Assembly: GCF_052425735.1 (NCBI RefSeq)
Contig: NC_135758.1
Location: forward strand, 1,612,001-1,676,000
Length of the DNA stretch: 64,000 nt
Direction: 5' to 3'
Origin: Oculina patagonica
Lineage: Eukaryota
Shown: piece after piece, positions 13,671 through 25,904 of the stretch
How the letters are laid out: each line of letters begins with the position of its first letter
How positions within the stretch are numbered: position 1 is the stretch's first letter
Notes under the pieces: model-generated
What the model was told of the DNA's origin: nothing
Database searches by the model: none
The model's input: only the letters and a program-made list of their open reading frames with translations
Translations under genes and position numbers: made by a program

Positions 13671-16600
13671 ATGGCTTATAAACTCCTCTTTTACACGTTT
13701 CTTCCCCTGTTACTGGGTTGCCTTGCCGAATTTACCGGAAGGTAAGTTCTGAGTACCTTATGCTTCATAATTTTGTTGGTCTTCGCGACAGCAAATTGCG
13801 AATTCTGCGTTCACGTGTATACATGAAGACTCCATCACCGTCTTCATGAAATATGTTGTTTTGAGAGGCTTTTATCTCGATGCTATCTAATCTAACGTAT
13901 TTTCAGTTTGCTTTTGTCTTTACGGGGAAGGTTGCGTAGGGCTAGAAATACATTTAGCCTAGCTGGGGAATTTGTAAACGATATTTGTTTTCCCCAAGAG
14001 GGAGCACAACGTAAAATCAATCATGGGTTGAATTCATTCACTTACTTCGTTGCCTTTCGAAAGAGGCGATTATAACTCCCGCAATACTTGCAAAACTCGA
14101 TTTTACGTTTCAAATTCCTCGTGTAGCTTGTTTTTCCGTATCTGATAACGCAAAGAAGCGAAAATCGAGTCATCTGAGGTCTGCGGAAATGTTACATTGT
14201 ACAAAGTTAATCCCTGCGGTCCCTACAAGGGTCAACCTGGGTCAAGTGAATGTTTACACCATATTTCATACTACAGATTTCACAGGTAATTTCCCTTTCG
14301 TGACATAATCGATTTTCTTCGCTAACATCGCGGTTTAACCTTGATTTTGTTGACGAAAATCAATTTTGTTAATTTTGTTAGAATTATAAAACAAATTTGA
14401 AGCAACCATGCATTTCTACAGGAGGGGCCTAATTGCCTAAACAGGGGAAATGGGAACTGGGATATAGGTAAATTTTCATTGTGAAAATGAGATTTGGGTC
14501 AATGGGACTGAAATCTTAAAAAAAAATTGGGAATGGGGCTGGGACTTGGGTAAAAGATAGGCTGGAAAATAGGTTTTGGGCAAAATTTGGGCTAGGAAAT
14601 GGGAATAATCCTCCCTCCCTTGCTTCCCACCCCTTCACCTTCAGCACCCTCCTGCAGCTGTACCTACCTTTGGAACTTTTAAATGGGCTATCTGAAGAAG
14701 AGTAAACCCCATACATTCAATCTTTGAGGAGTTTGGTTATTTTTCTTTGTATAACCATAAAAGATACTTCTGTAAAATTAATAGAGAAAAAAAACTTAGG
14801 GAAGGTATGCAGTATGAAAAATCTGGAAGAAAAAGGTCAAAATAAAAAATATAGTAAAATAAAAAAATGTTCTGCATTCCAATGGTTTTGCTGCTATCTT
14901 TTTAAGATGCTAAACTAACAGTCAATTAGCATTGTTACACAATTTTATTACTGGTATGTTTGTTTGTGTCTTTTTAGGAATCCTCCAAAAATAGTTACCA
15001 AAGATGGAAACCTAGTTTTAAAAGCTGGCGAGGATGGTGACATTGTTTTTGAACCTGGTCAGGGAAAACAAGTGTTTATTGGAGGAAATGTCTTGGTAAG
15101 ATGGGCTGAGCGAACCACTGAGTGTATGTGAAGATAAGACCCTTCCACATCCTGATAAAAAGTAGAGCAGATACTCTGTATTATTTTTGGCATGCCTACT
15201 GTATTCTTTTATATCTGCTGTGTGAATAAAAGTTTTGGATCTTTTTTGTAGAATGTCTCTGGAGTTGCCGGCACTAAGGGAGAGGTATTTATGTTTTTTT
15301 TTTTTTTTTTTAAATATACAAATAAAAAAGACTTTTTATTTTTCAACAACAATGATATAAATGAAGAAGTGTTCTCAAGTTGAAATCTCGGAAAAAAGAT
15401 TTTCCGAGTACCCCCAACGGGAGTCGAACCCATGACCTTCCAAGATTACCGGTTGGACGCTCTAACCACTGAGCTATGGGAGACTCGTGGTGAGCGAGGT
15501 CATATACTAGGTTCTTATGTGTGACACATGTCCTGCCATATCTGCAAGGCTTAATATGTCGAAATGATAAATGTGGATAAATGTAAAGTGAAATGGCAAC
15601 TTGGATAAAGTGAAGTAAATGAAGAAGTGTTCTCAAGTTGAAATCTCGGAAAAAAGATTTTCCGAGTACCCCCAACGGGAGTCGAACCCATGACCTTCCA
15701 AGATTACCGGTTGGACGCTCTAACCACTGAGCTATGGGAGACTCGTGGTGAGCGAGGTCATATACTAGGTTCTTATGTGTGACACATGTCCTGCCATATC
15801 TGCAAGGCTCAATATGTCTCAGCTCAGTGGTTAGAGCGTCCAACCGGTAATCTTGGAAGGTCATGGGTTCGACTCCCGTTGGGGGTACTCGGAAAATCTT
15901 TTTTCCGAGATTTCAACTTGAGAACACTTCTTCATTTACTTCACTTTATCCAAGTTGCCATTTCACTTTACATTTATCCACTTCAACTTGAGAACACTTC
16001 TTCATTTACTTCACTTTATCCAAGTTGCCATTTCACTTTACATTTATCCACATTTATCATTTTGACATATTGAGCCTTGCAGATATGGCAGGACATATGT
16101 CACACATAAGAACCTAGTATATGACCTCGCTCACCACGAGTCTCCCATAGCTCAGTGGTTAGAGCGTCCAACCGGTAATCTTGGAAGGTCATGGGTTCAA
16201 CTCCCGTTGGGGGTACTCGGAAAATCTTTTTTCCGAGATTTCAACTTGAGAACACTTCTTCATTTACTTCACTTTATCCAAGTTGCCATTTCACTTTACA
16301 TTTATCCACTTCAACTTGAGAACACTTCTTCATTTACTTCACTTTATCCAAGTTGCCATTTCACTTTACATTTATCCACATTTATCATTTTGACATATTG
16401 AGCCTTGCAGATATGGCAGGACATATGTCACACATAAGAACCTAGTATATGACCTCGCTCACCACGAGTCTCCCATAGCTCAGTGGTTAGAGCGTCCAAC
16501 CGGTAATCTTGGAAGGTCATGGGTTCAACTCCCGTTGGGGGTACTCGGAAAAAATCTTTTTTCCGAGATTTCAACTTGAGAACACTTCTTCATTTACTTC

Positions 16601-19600
16601 ACTTTATCCAAGTTGCCATTTCACTTTACATTTATCAACAATGATATAATAACTCGTCCTGTATTTTTCTGTGTTTTAAGAAAGGGGATCCAGGAATCCA
16701 AGGGCAAGTAAGTAAACAAGCTTTGAATTATTGTCTTACTTTTATATATACCGGGTATTTATATTTTCAAACAAAAATTATATATACAGGGATGGAAGTT
16801 AGGACTCACACTCAATTCTTTTGGGTATTTCCAAATTCAACAGTTTTTCAGTGCATTTCTTCAGGTCACTTCCCCAGATGCAAGAACTGTCAAAATTAAG
16901 TTTCCATGTCTGTAAGTGTTAATATTTTTCAGACGCAAGTGGGACAGTGAGTCCAATGGTTGGACTTTCAGTCCGCCAGGCCATCCATCATTCATTTATT
17001 CAGTCACGCAGGCAGGCAGCCCATCAGTCTGTCAGTGCAGCAGTCAGACTGTCTGTCAGTCTCTGAGTCAGTCAATCCATCAGTCATTCCATCAGTCGGT
17101 TGGTGGATCATCTAATAAGCAGCTAAGCCACAAGTCTGCTGAGACCAGACATAAGAAATAGATTATGTTGTTACCGCTGACCAGTTAGCTCAGTTGGTAG
17201 AGTGCTGGACTGCCGTGCCGTAGGTTTCAGGTTCGACTCCCAGACCGAACCAACATTCAGGGAATGTGCTGTCTTTGCAGTGACATCTGCAAATGGTTAG
17301 ATGTTCTAGCCTTCTCTTCTCTTGTATTTATTTTGGCTTTTATTTATAGTTGATGTGATGTCTTACAAGATTTTATCAACTTAATAAATGTAGATGTAGA
17401 TGGATGATAAACCGTAGGCCCCGTCTCCTGCATCTTCAGTGTTATGGTCACCAGGGGATGTTAACACACTTAACGCAAAGAGTAGGGCACAGATTTCCTG
17501 GTGTGGTGGTCTGGCCTATTCAATTGAATCTGTGGGTTGGGTGGTGGGACGAGACCATATACATTGACGGATTGCAGTTGCCAAAGGTGCCTAATATGCT
17601 GATGTCCAATCTCGTTCTGTAACTCCAACTGTGAAGCCCATTGAGCTTTGTAAAATTTAATGCGCTATACAAGAATCATTACCATAGATTAACATGATTG
17701 TGTGATTCTTTGTTGCATTTGCTCAAGAATGGAAGCAAAGGAGAAAAGGGGGAAGCAGGCCCGCCAGGACAGATAGTGTCTACGGTAATATTCTAAACAG
17801 CTTAGTTTCAAATGAAATTAGCTGGCTTAATTTTTTAACTGAGGCAAACTTAACAACTTGGAAAATATGACTAAGATTGTATGACATTGTTTTCCCACCT
17901 CCATAATTTAGAATGGGACTGTTAATGTTACTGGACCTCCTGGACAAAAAGGAGAAAAAGGGATCCAGGGCATAACAGGTACAAAAGGAGATGCAGGCCT
18001 TAATGGAACAAAAGGACAGGTGAGTTGCTCCCTCTTGTTTTTAACATGTAGACTTGCACCAAGTCGCCCTCTATTGGTGAGGGAAGCGAGCCGAAAAGCG
18101 TGGCGAAGCGACGCGCAGCGAGTCGCCAGGCGACGACCGCGAGTGACAAAGTCGCGAGAGTGACATACCTAAACCGTTTCTTTTCCTAAACCGTGCATCG
18201 AAGGACTTTGAGAGTCTGTTTAACATGTTGACTTTGTGGTGTTATCTGTGCTTTAATGTGTATCATTAGTCATATCAGGTATCTCAGTTTAATTCAATAT
18301 TGATTACAAAATTTGTTCATTTAGAAAGGTGAACCAGGCATTCAAGGACCTGGAGGGAAGGTGAGTGAAAAAGCTGATTATAAACAGTACCAATGATTAT
18401 TGAAAACAATTTGAAAACATATGGCGCAAGATCTTTCTCCGTGGCAGCTCCTACACTCTGGAATACTCTACCTTCTGACAATAAGAACAGCTCCTCAGTA
18501 TCCCTTTTAAAACATAAACTTAAAACTTTCCTTTTTAAAAAAGCATTTTTATAACTTTTTAGCAACATTTTTTATTAGTCTAAGATTTTAAGCATTTTTT
18601 GTAACCTTTTAACTATTTTTATATTTATTTTTTTTAATAGTGTTTTTAATATTTTTAACGTTACTTCTGTAAAGCGCTTTTGAACTTTTAGGATATTGGC
18701 GCTATATAAATATTTTATTATTATTTATTATTATTATTATGAATGTACTGGTACATTTATGTAGAGCTTCTAGGATTGTGTTTTCCATAGGAGGAAGCGC
18801 AACTTAAGTTAAGGAGAGTTGCTTCTGGGTGGGAAAGTGACCCAATGCCAGGTAATGCCAGCTTACTACAGCAAGATGTAGAAGAAGCAAGGAATTCATA
18901 ATAAATTATTAGAATCCTGATTTCTCGAACATCCAAGGAATAAGAATTTGTTAAATACCAAGAAACCCTCTGATGATTCTTAAAAAGGTCAGATTCAGCA
19001 GGACGCACAAGCGTGTTTGCCACACAAACTACATTTCAACATCGCAAGACAGGGTCCCTCCCTTTAATGCACATGCATAACATTGCTGACAAAACATGAC
19101 AGAATTGTTTCAAGAAATCGGAAGTGTGAAAAAAAGGGGTAAAGTTGTAGCATTTGAAGCACTACAAGTGAAACAACTGTTGGTTCGAGTAAGGTATTGA
19201 GAGGTTGTTTTTTGCTGAATACTAATTACAGTGACATACATGTGATATCTGTAAGTAATTCCTGCCAGTTGTGTTCTTTATAGAATGGATCTGATGGAAT
19301 TCAGGGCCCTCCTGGTGTAAATGGAACAAAAGGTGACAGTGGACCACAAGGCCCAGCTGGCCCTTTATTTAATACCCTCAATCAGACCACTTTGAGGTAG
19401 AACCTTTTATATAATTATAATCCTTGAACTATGACTCAGCTTATTCAAGCAAATGAAGGAAAGAAATCATTCTACTTTGTTTGGCTCATTATAATAAGTA
19501 ACTACTTCAAGAAAGAGTTAGTCGATGACTGCCACAAGCTATGTTGGAAAAAATTTCCAAATTTATCCAATGTTAGCTAAACCATGAATTTCCACATACC

Positions 19601-21341
19601 GGTACTGGTCAGACGCTCAGCTACATATACAGTGATGATTTGTGGTAGAGCATCTAATTGGTGTGACTTCAGAAGGTCATAGGTTTGAACAGCTGATGTG
19701 AGAAATGTTCAGAATTCTCTCCAATTAATTAGCTGGTGTCAGTCAAATAATAGCGACCTTTAGATTGGACTACGAGTACGAAATTGAGTACGAGTACAAG
19801 TTTTCAAATCAAGTTTGTGTGCCTCCTATAATCACTTATCACACCAATCTTATCCCTAACCTTTTTTTATGTGTTAGTCAGCAACAGGAAAGAGTTATAG
19901 TTCGGGGGATACAATTGTTTTGAAATTCCAAATTAAACTTTAACTCATTTTCTATCTTGTACTCTAAGTCAGATCTAAAGGTAGCTAGTAAATAGATCAT
20001 TAGATAAATTTACTGGTACATTCTACATCCCATTGTTAATTTTTCTCATTTTTTGTCACCTATTGCTAAAACAAGCTTAACATGTACTAATTAGACTGCC
20101 ACTATTTTGTTGACATGTTTTTCTTGTCATATTGACAACATACAAAATGTCATTTTGATTTCTGACAAGAATAGAATAACAAAGAATATAAGAGTGCAAA
20201 TCTTATAAGGAAGGTTGCTCATTTTAAAATTTTAATGACCTAACGTCTCTTTTCAGATGCAAGAATACCAGTGATCATGGCTCAGTTAGGTTCATGTCAG
20301 GACATCTTCAGGTAATCGTAACACATTTATTGTTTAAACTTGTATTGTGTACTTATTAAGCTCTAGTAACTAGAGAACTTGTATGCCAGGCAATTACAGA
20401 ACTGCAAATCTACCATTCCTACCCAGATTTTGAAATGACATTCCTTTTACTCCTTAATTTAGTTGCACTGATTCAATCACATTTTCAAGGTCTGCACCAA
20501 GTTAGGTTGGCAGCAGCTGGGGTATCAGGATAGTTCATGTGAAGAACTGAATGTGCCAAGGATGAACCATGAAGCCTTCCAAACCTCAACGTTTGGCATT
20601 TTACTCCAGTTCAATGGGGATCTGCTTGTTAACCTCAGTCCCAACATGAACTACACAAACATGACAACAGGTAATATATTACCTTACAGTCAGGCTGGAA
20701 ATTATAATCCAGATTGCTCAGTTTAAGAACTGCTTAAATAATTTGCAATAAAGAAAGACTTCTTTCACCAAGCAAAACAAAATTATTGGATTCCTTTTTT
20801 CCTTATTGAATTTCATTTTACAGGGATGCTTATTATTGATTTTTAATTATCAATAATATTGTTCAGGCTGTCAATACTAACGGATTATTTCTTAATTTGG
20901 ATACATTAAATTCAAGTTACTAAGTGACACTGAGTAATTTGGCTTGGTTCCTGCAAATCTTCTTTGAACTGCAGGCTGACATTCCTTGGATTTTTTTTAT
21001 CCCATCAAATCATTGGAGAGCATGTAGTCCCTATTACGTTATAAATAATAACATATAATGAAAAAAGCAGCAGCAAAATCTTGTCAGAAATCATTGATGT
21101 AGTCAATTAGTGTAATTTAATATGTAATTATTAAAAACTAGCAATGGTATATTGCAATTTCTGCATTTTGATTGGTTAACAGGCAATGGTATATGAGCTC
21201 ATATACAATTGACCACAAATATGGTAGCTGATACGCGTCAACAAAAAAAAACTGGGGAGCTCAAATATTGCAATTCTTTTGGGCGTTTTAAATGAAACAA
21301 TTATTCCACTCGCACTTGTTGGAGAAAAGTTGGCTATAATG

Positions 21342-21372
<31 letters not shown>

Positions 21373-24300
21373 CTGTTTTATTAAAAATGCCCAGAGAATT
21401 GCAATATTTGAGCTTCCAGCTTGTTTCCTGTTAACCAATGAAAACTTAGGAATTGTAATATACCATAAAGACATTGTTAGTTGTTAAGGTCGTTGCCCTG
21501 TATTGCATTGCGCATCCTTACTGCGCAGAATTTTACGCGTAATTTGCTCGCGCACATAAACAAAATGGCGGCTTTTTTCTATGCGGCTTAGTCCGTGAGA
21601 GAAGTCAAGTGTCGCTTTCTCGTAAACTAGTCTGGTGACCTATCAATTTTTTCTCATATTTTGGGTGTAGTGATCAAATTCTTTCTGTCAAATGAAAACA
21701 GATCAATTCTTGTGCTTAAAAAATAAATTATCGTTAAAAACGTGTACTTTGCTAGTACTCGCAGAGGATTTTTAAAGGAAATATATGAAATATACAAGGT
21801 CTTCCCGCTCCTAAACGAATCTGGTGACCCCCCTTTTTTATTTCAAAATTAAAGTTCCCTTAAAGTAATAAACCAGTAGGCGAAGTTTGGTTAAAAATCT
21901 ATGTTCAGTTTTATTTCGGGGCAATGACCTTAATAACATCTCATATCCAACACATGCTCGTGGAATAACTGTTAAATATAGGACTCTTAGGAAGACCATA
22001 GTAATATATTATATAATGATAATAATAATAATAATAAATACTATTATATATTATTTTATAATTATTATATTATACTGTGAGTTAGACTTTGTATTAAAAC
22101 AGATTGATGATGAACTTAAAATTTCATACTTCCACTTGTTTTAGAGTACAAACAAAATGCAGGACGGAACTTCACTCAATACACTCAAAGTACAATGGGC
22201 CAGGCAGTCCAGCTTAAAGAACTGGAGTACATCAATTTATATGGCATTCCAGCAGGTTTCTGGAGTGGCGATGAATGGTCTGTTATGAGCTTGATTAAGT
22301 TTCGTGATGATGGTATATTAGGCAGTAGCAAAGAGGATCCTGTTTTGGGAGATGGAACACCTGCAAATGATCAGGGGTTTCATCTTGGACTGAAAAATAA
22401 GGTATTACCTTACAGATGTCAGCACAAGGATTACATTGTGATTTTTAAGATTGTTGTAAAATAAATACTAGTTCAGGGCTTGAAAAACATGAATTCCAAC
22501 CTTGGCTTTCAGAAAAGTGTGTGGGAGCTGCATTGGCCTAATGGTTAGTGTGCTGGACTCCAAAGAGAGTAAAGTGTCTTGCTCAAGAATACACTGTGTT
22601 GTGTTCTTGGGCAAGACACTTGACTTTACTCTCCTTTTGCCTCTCTTCACCCAGGTGTATAAATGGACTAGCCTGGGTCCCCTGCCCATTTGGCATTGAA
22701 ATAAGTAAGCATACAAAGTTACTTGCTCAGCAGGAAACTTAACTTGCCCTCGATGAAAGGATGGGACTCCTTTCAAGCCCTGTAGTTGTGACTGACAATC
22801 ACTGACAATGGTTTCTTAATAGATAATCGCAAAATTACACGTCAAAATTTATTAAATTTTATAAATTATAAATTTATTATGGAAATATTGTTCTGATTAT
22901 GTGCAATCTGTTGTAATCATGTCATTGCAAAGAATTCCAAATTCCCTGTTATCACATCAGTCATATGGCTTCAGTGTACCCTTGGCTAACATTCGTTACA
23001 ATTTGTTGTTCAATACATGTTGCTACTTAGCTGCTGATGCCATGTCAATGTGCACCACATTTTCATCCATCATTCTAGTAGCTTATGTCACTCTTGAATA
23101 TCTTTCTAAGGAGCAATGTGACTGTCAGTTATAGTCAATGCTATTGAAAAGAAATGTTTCTTTGCTGATGTTTTTAACTTGCATTTTTCACCAGAAAGTA
23201 CTGTATGGATTCTACTCCAGTGATATCGAGGGGAATGCTGACCTAGATTACGACAAGTGGTACCAAGTTACATGGACTTGGAAAAAAAGTAACAAAATGC
23301 GGTAAGAGGACTTATACACAGTGACACACTAAAAAAAGAAAGAAAGAGGTTAAACATCTACAACAGTACAGTAATATCACGTCTTAAGGTGGCTTAATAC
23401 AGTTTTGAGAGGGCAAATCAGTGCAATCTTCAACTCTCTTGTACAATCTCCAGAAAAGTTTTTTCTTTCTCTTATCACTATTTGTTACATCCTAAAACCA
23501 TCATATGCGATATTTGGAAAATAAAAATGCTAATAAACAGCTTAAATGGGCGGCCGAGTGCTTGAGAGGGGACTGGCACTAGTAGTTTAAACGGTGTTTT
23601 TCTCAAAATCTACCCGTACGACCCTACCTCAAAATTTCAGAAAAAAGAAACTGGCTTTGAATTATCATTCATGCAAAATAATAAAAAAATCTGTAAGACA
23701 GATTTTTCGCAAAATAGGAAACTGTGATATTTTGCCGATTTTTAAAATAGCTCAAAATCTGTCTTACAGATTTTTTCAAAATTTTGGCTGTGGACGTTGT
23801 TCACCCCTTAAATTTAATTGTGAAAGTTTCATAATAGGTTGTACGGTAGGTTTTCGAGAAAATCTGGATCAAAATCTGGCTTTTACAACCTCCGAAGCGA
23901 ATCAAATTGCGCGTGCGAGCGCGCGCTAATATGACGCCATTCATCGCGAGCGATAATGAAAGACAGATTTAGAACTTCTCTGTCGGTTGTTTATCCACCA
24001 TTTTGTCATGTTGTTTTCTCGTCCCAGGTTTCATGACCTATCTGAAAGTATTTTTTTAATTTTTTTTCGTATACAAATTTGGTAAAGCGCGGTAAAACAG
24101 ATGGAACTCTTTTTCGTTTCTGTTCAGAGTTGCTAGCGCCATTTTAGTCCGCGCGAGCGGACTAAAATTCGGACTAAAATTTCTGCTTGACGTCAAGCAG
24201 AAAATCGTAGCGCGCGCTATTGAGCCACGTAAAAACTGACTGTATTCAGCCACCTTAAGTGGGACCAAATATTTCAACCACAACCAGTTCTGGTTGAAGT

Positions 24301-25003
24301 GTCTTGTCCTAATAGACCACTTTTCCAACTGGTTTTCATTGAAACAGTTGATAAGCATTCAGTTGCATTTTATTTCGTTGTGTTTTAAAATTGGGATTGA
24401 TTAAGCTTTCTGGTGTCCTATTGAAAAAACCTGTTTTTAGCTTGATTTGGTTGAACAGATTGTTAAATATTGATCTACCATTGTCATCAAAAAGTGTTTT
24501 TTGAAAACCTAAACCAAGTCAACTGTTTCAACCTAGTTAGATGACAGTTGAAAAAGTATATCAACTGGAAATGTTTTTTCTTTTTTCTTTGTTTTTTGCT
24601 TGTTTGACATGTTTGTTTTTTCAAATAGAACATGAAAAAAAAAATCAATGCAACCAACCTAAAACCGTTGATCCCAAAAAGAACATGACCAAACTCTTTT
24701 TATTTATTATTTTTAATTATTGAATAAAGTGTTGTGATGAGTTTTGACATCATTTTCTCTCACAAACAGATTTTTTTTAATCCCTACAGGAAAATTTTCA
24801 TTGATGGCAAAATAGACATCGCAGACAACTCTAACAATGCTTATCAAGGAATTAGTGGAAACACACAAATTGGAACGTGGTGGAGTGGAAAGAAAACTAA
24901 CTTAGAGATTGATACTCTTTACATTATTGACAAGGCAATAGAGTATACCCCAGTCAACCAGCAATTATGTTTTGCCAAGGTTTTTAACTCTAACATGCCT
25001 TAG
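13671..25003 (+). CDS. Secreted short-chain collagen-like protein, about 447 aa, 12 exons: signal peptide, cubilin-N-terminal-like segment, 31 Gly-X-Y triplets, Cys neck, C-terminal LamG/ConA-like domain
   Basis: Exons 13671-13741, 14978-15095, 16681-16707, 17728-17784, 17912-18019, 18325-18360, 19284-19396, 20257-20311, 20490-20670, 22145-22401, 23195-23301, 24790-25003 are all GT-AG and phase-compatible (1344 nt). Signal MAYKLLFYTFLPLLLGCLA; collagen GDPGIQ...GPQGPAGPL; LamG-like DKWYQVTWTW...KIFIDG...TQIG...IDTLYII. Confidence 0.88.
15361..16635. mobile_element. Inverted-plus-tandem concatemer of a tRNA-derived unit (258/328 bp) within one 14-bp TSD
   Basis: Two minus-strand copies (period 258) and three plus-strand copies (period 328), junction about 15818-15821. 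A box TAGCTCAGTGG, B box GGTTCRACTCC. TSD CAACAATGATATAA at 15347-15360 and 16636-16649. Confidence 0.88.
17176..17300 (+). mobile_element. tRNA-derived SINE head (degenerate)
   Basis: TAGCTCAGTTGGTAGAG and GGTTCGACTCC boxes without a proper cloverleaf. Confidence 0.6.
18400..18740 (+). mobile_element. 3' end of an L2-group LINE
   Basis: Encodes LKTYGARSFSVAAPTLWNTLP...KLKTFLFKKAF, followed by an (ATT)n tail. Confidence 0.8.
21488..21929. mobile_element. TTAA-TSD MITE (Kolobok-like)
   Basis: TTAA|GGTCGTTGCCC ... GGGCAATGACC|TTAA. Confidence 0.8.
23388..24254. mobile_element. TTAA-TSD MITE (Kolobok-like), 867 bp
   Basis: TTAA|GGTGGCTTAATACAGT ... ACTGTATTCAGCCACC|TTAA. Confidence 0.85.
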
Positions 25004-25904
25004 CTAGAAGGAACCCAGAAAAATATACTGACTTAAAGTGTTAGAATTACTCCTGGTAACTGATAAGGTATTGAGTAAATGAAATATGTAATGTTAAGTA
25101 TCTTTATGTAATGAAATTAATGTAATGGTAAACCAATGATCAGTTCTGCCTTTTTTGTAAATTATATTAAGTAAACTAAAACACTACAGCCAAGAAGGGA
25201 GATCTAGATTGTGACAAAATGATAACAGATTAAAGTTATTTTGCAATGAACTTATTCATTAATACTTACTATTATGAAGATGCACAATAAAACTATCAAT
25301 AATAATATCTTTTTAATTAATTTGTTTTACATTGTCTCAGCTTGTTTTTGCCACTGCACTGAGTGCTAAGTATATGCTTCATTGTTTTCTCAGCATCCAC
25401 TGTTCTCGGTTGAACTTGTAACCGGTAACACCCAGGTAAGAGGTATTGCTAGTGAGTGTTACAGCTGTACAATGTGTTCTGTAAAACATCTTGTGGATGT
25501 TCACATGAAAATCGTCTAACTTTTATCAGCAAATGGAAAATCGTGAGCTTTTAGGCCCAAAAGTAATCGCAAACATTGGGTACACCAGCTGTCTATGCTT
25601 TGCAAAGTGATTCTTCAGGGAGAAAATAATGGAGACCAATGGACATTTTATGATTGTCTAGGAAAGTGTCTGTGCATTTTATCAGACTATGGTACCTGAT
25701 AAATGAACCTCTGTGCCAACCTACTGACAACCCAGCATCGAGTCCCTTTGCTCATGTGTCTTCATTATTTTCAATATATCCTCTCATTACTTGGTTTTCC
25801 AACTGCGTAGATCGCAACTTTCAGGTCAACCAAACAAACCACTAGCCTGAGGTTAATTTAGCAGACTGGCTTTTTCCTCCTATTTCATTGCATTGAGCAT
25901 CATT

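Noticed and set aside
15343-16401. ORFs of 173, 95 and 64 aa
   Set aside because: Translations of the tRNA-derived repeat.
15410-16541. Five tRNA genes or a CRISPR-like array
   Set aside because: The anticodon arm has a 9-nt loop, the units sit inside a TSD-flanked repeat, and the intervening sequences are identical rather than unique spacers. This is eukaryotic DNA with no cas genes.
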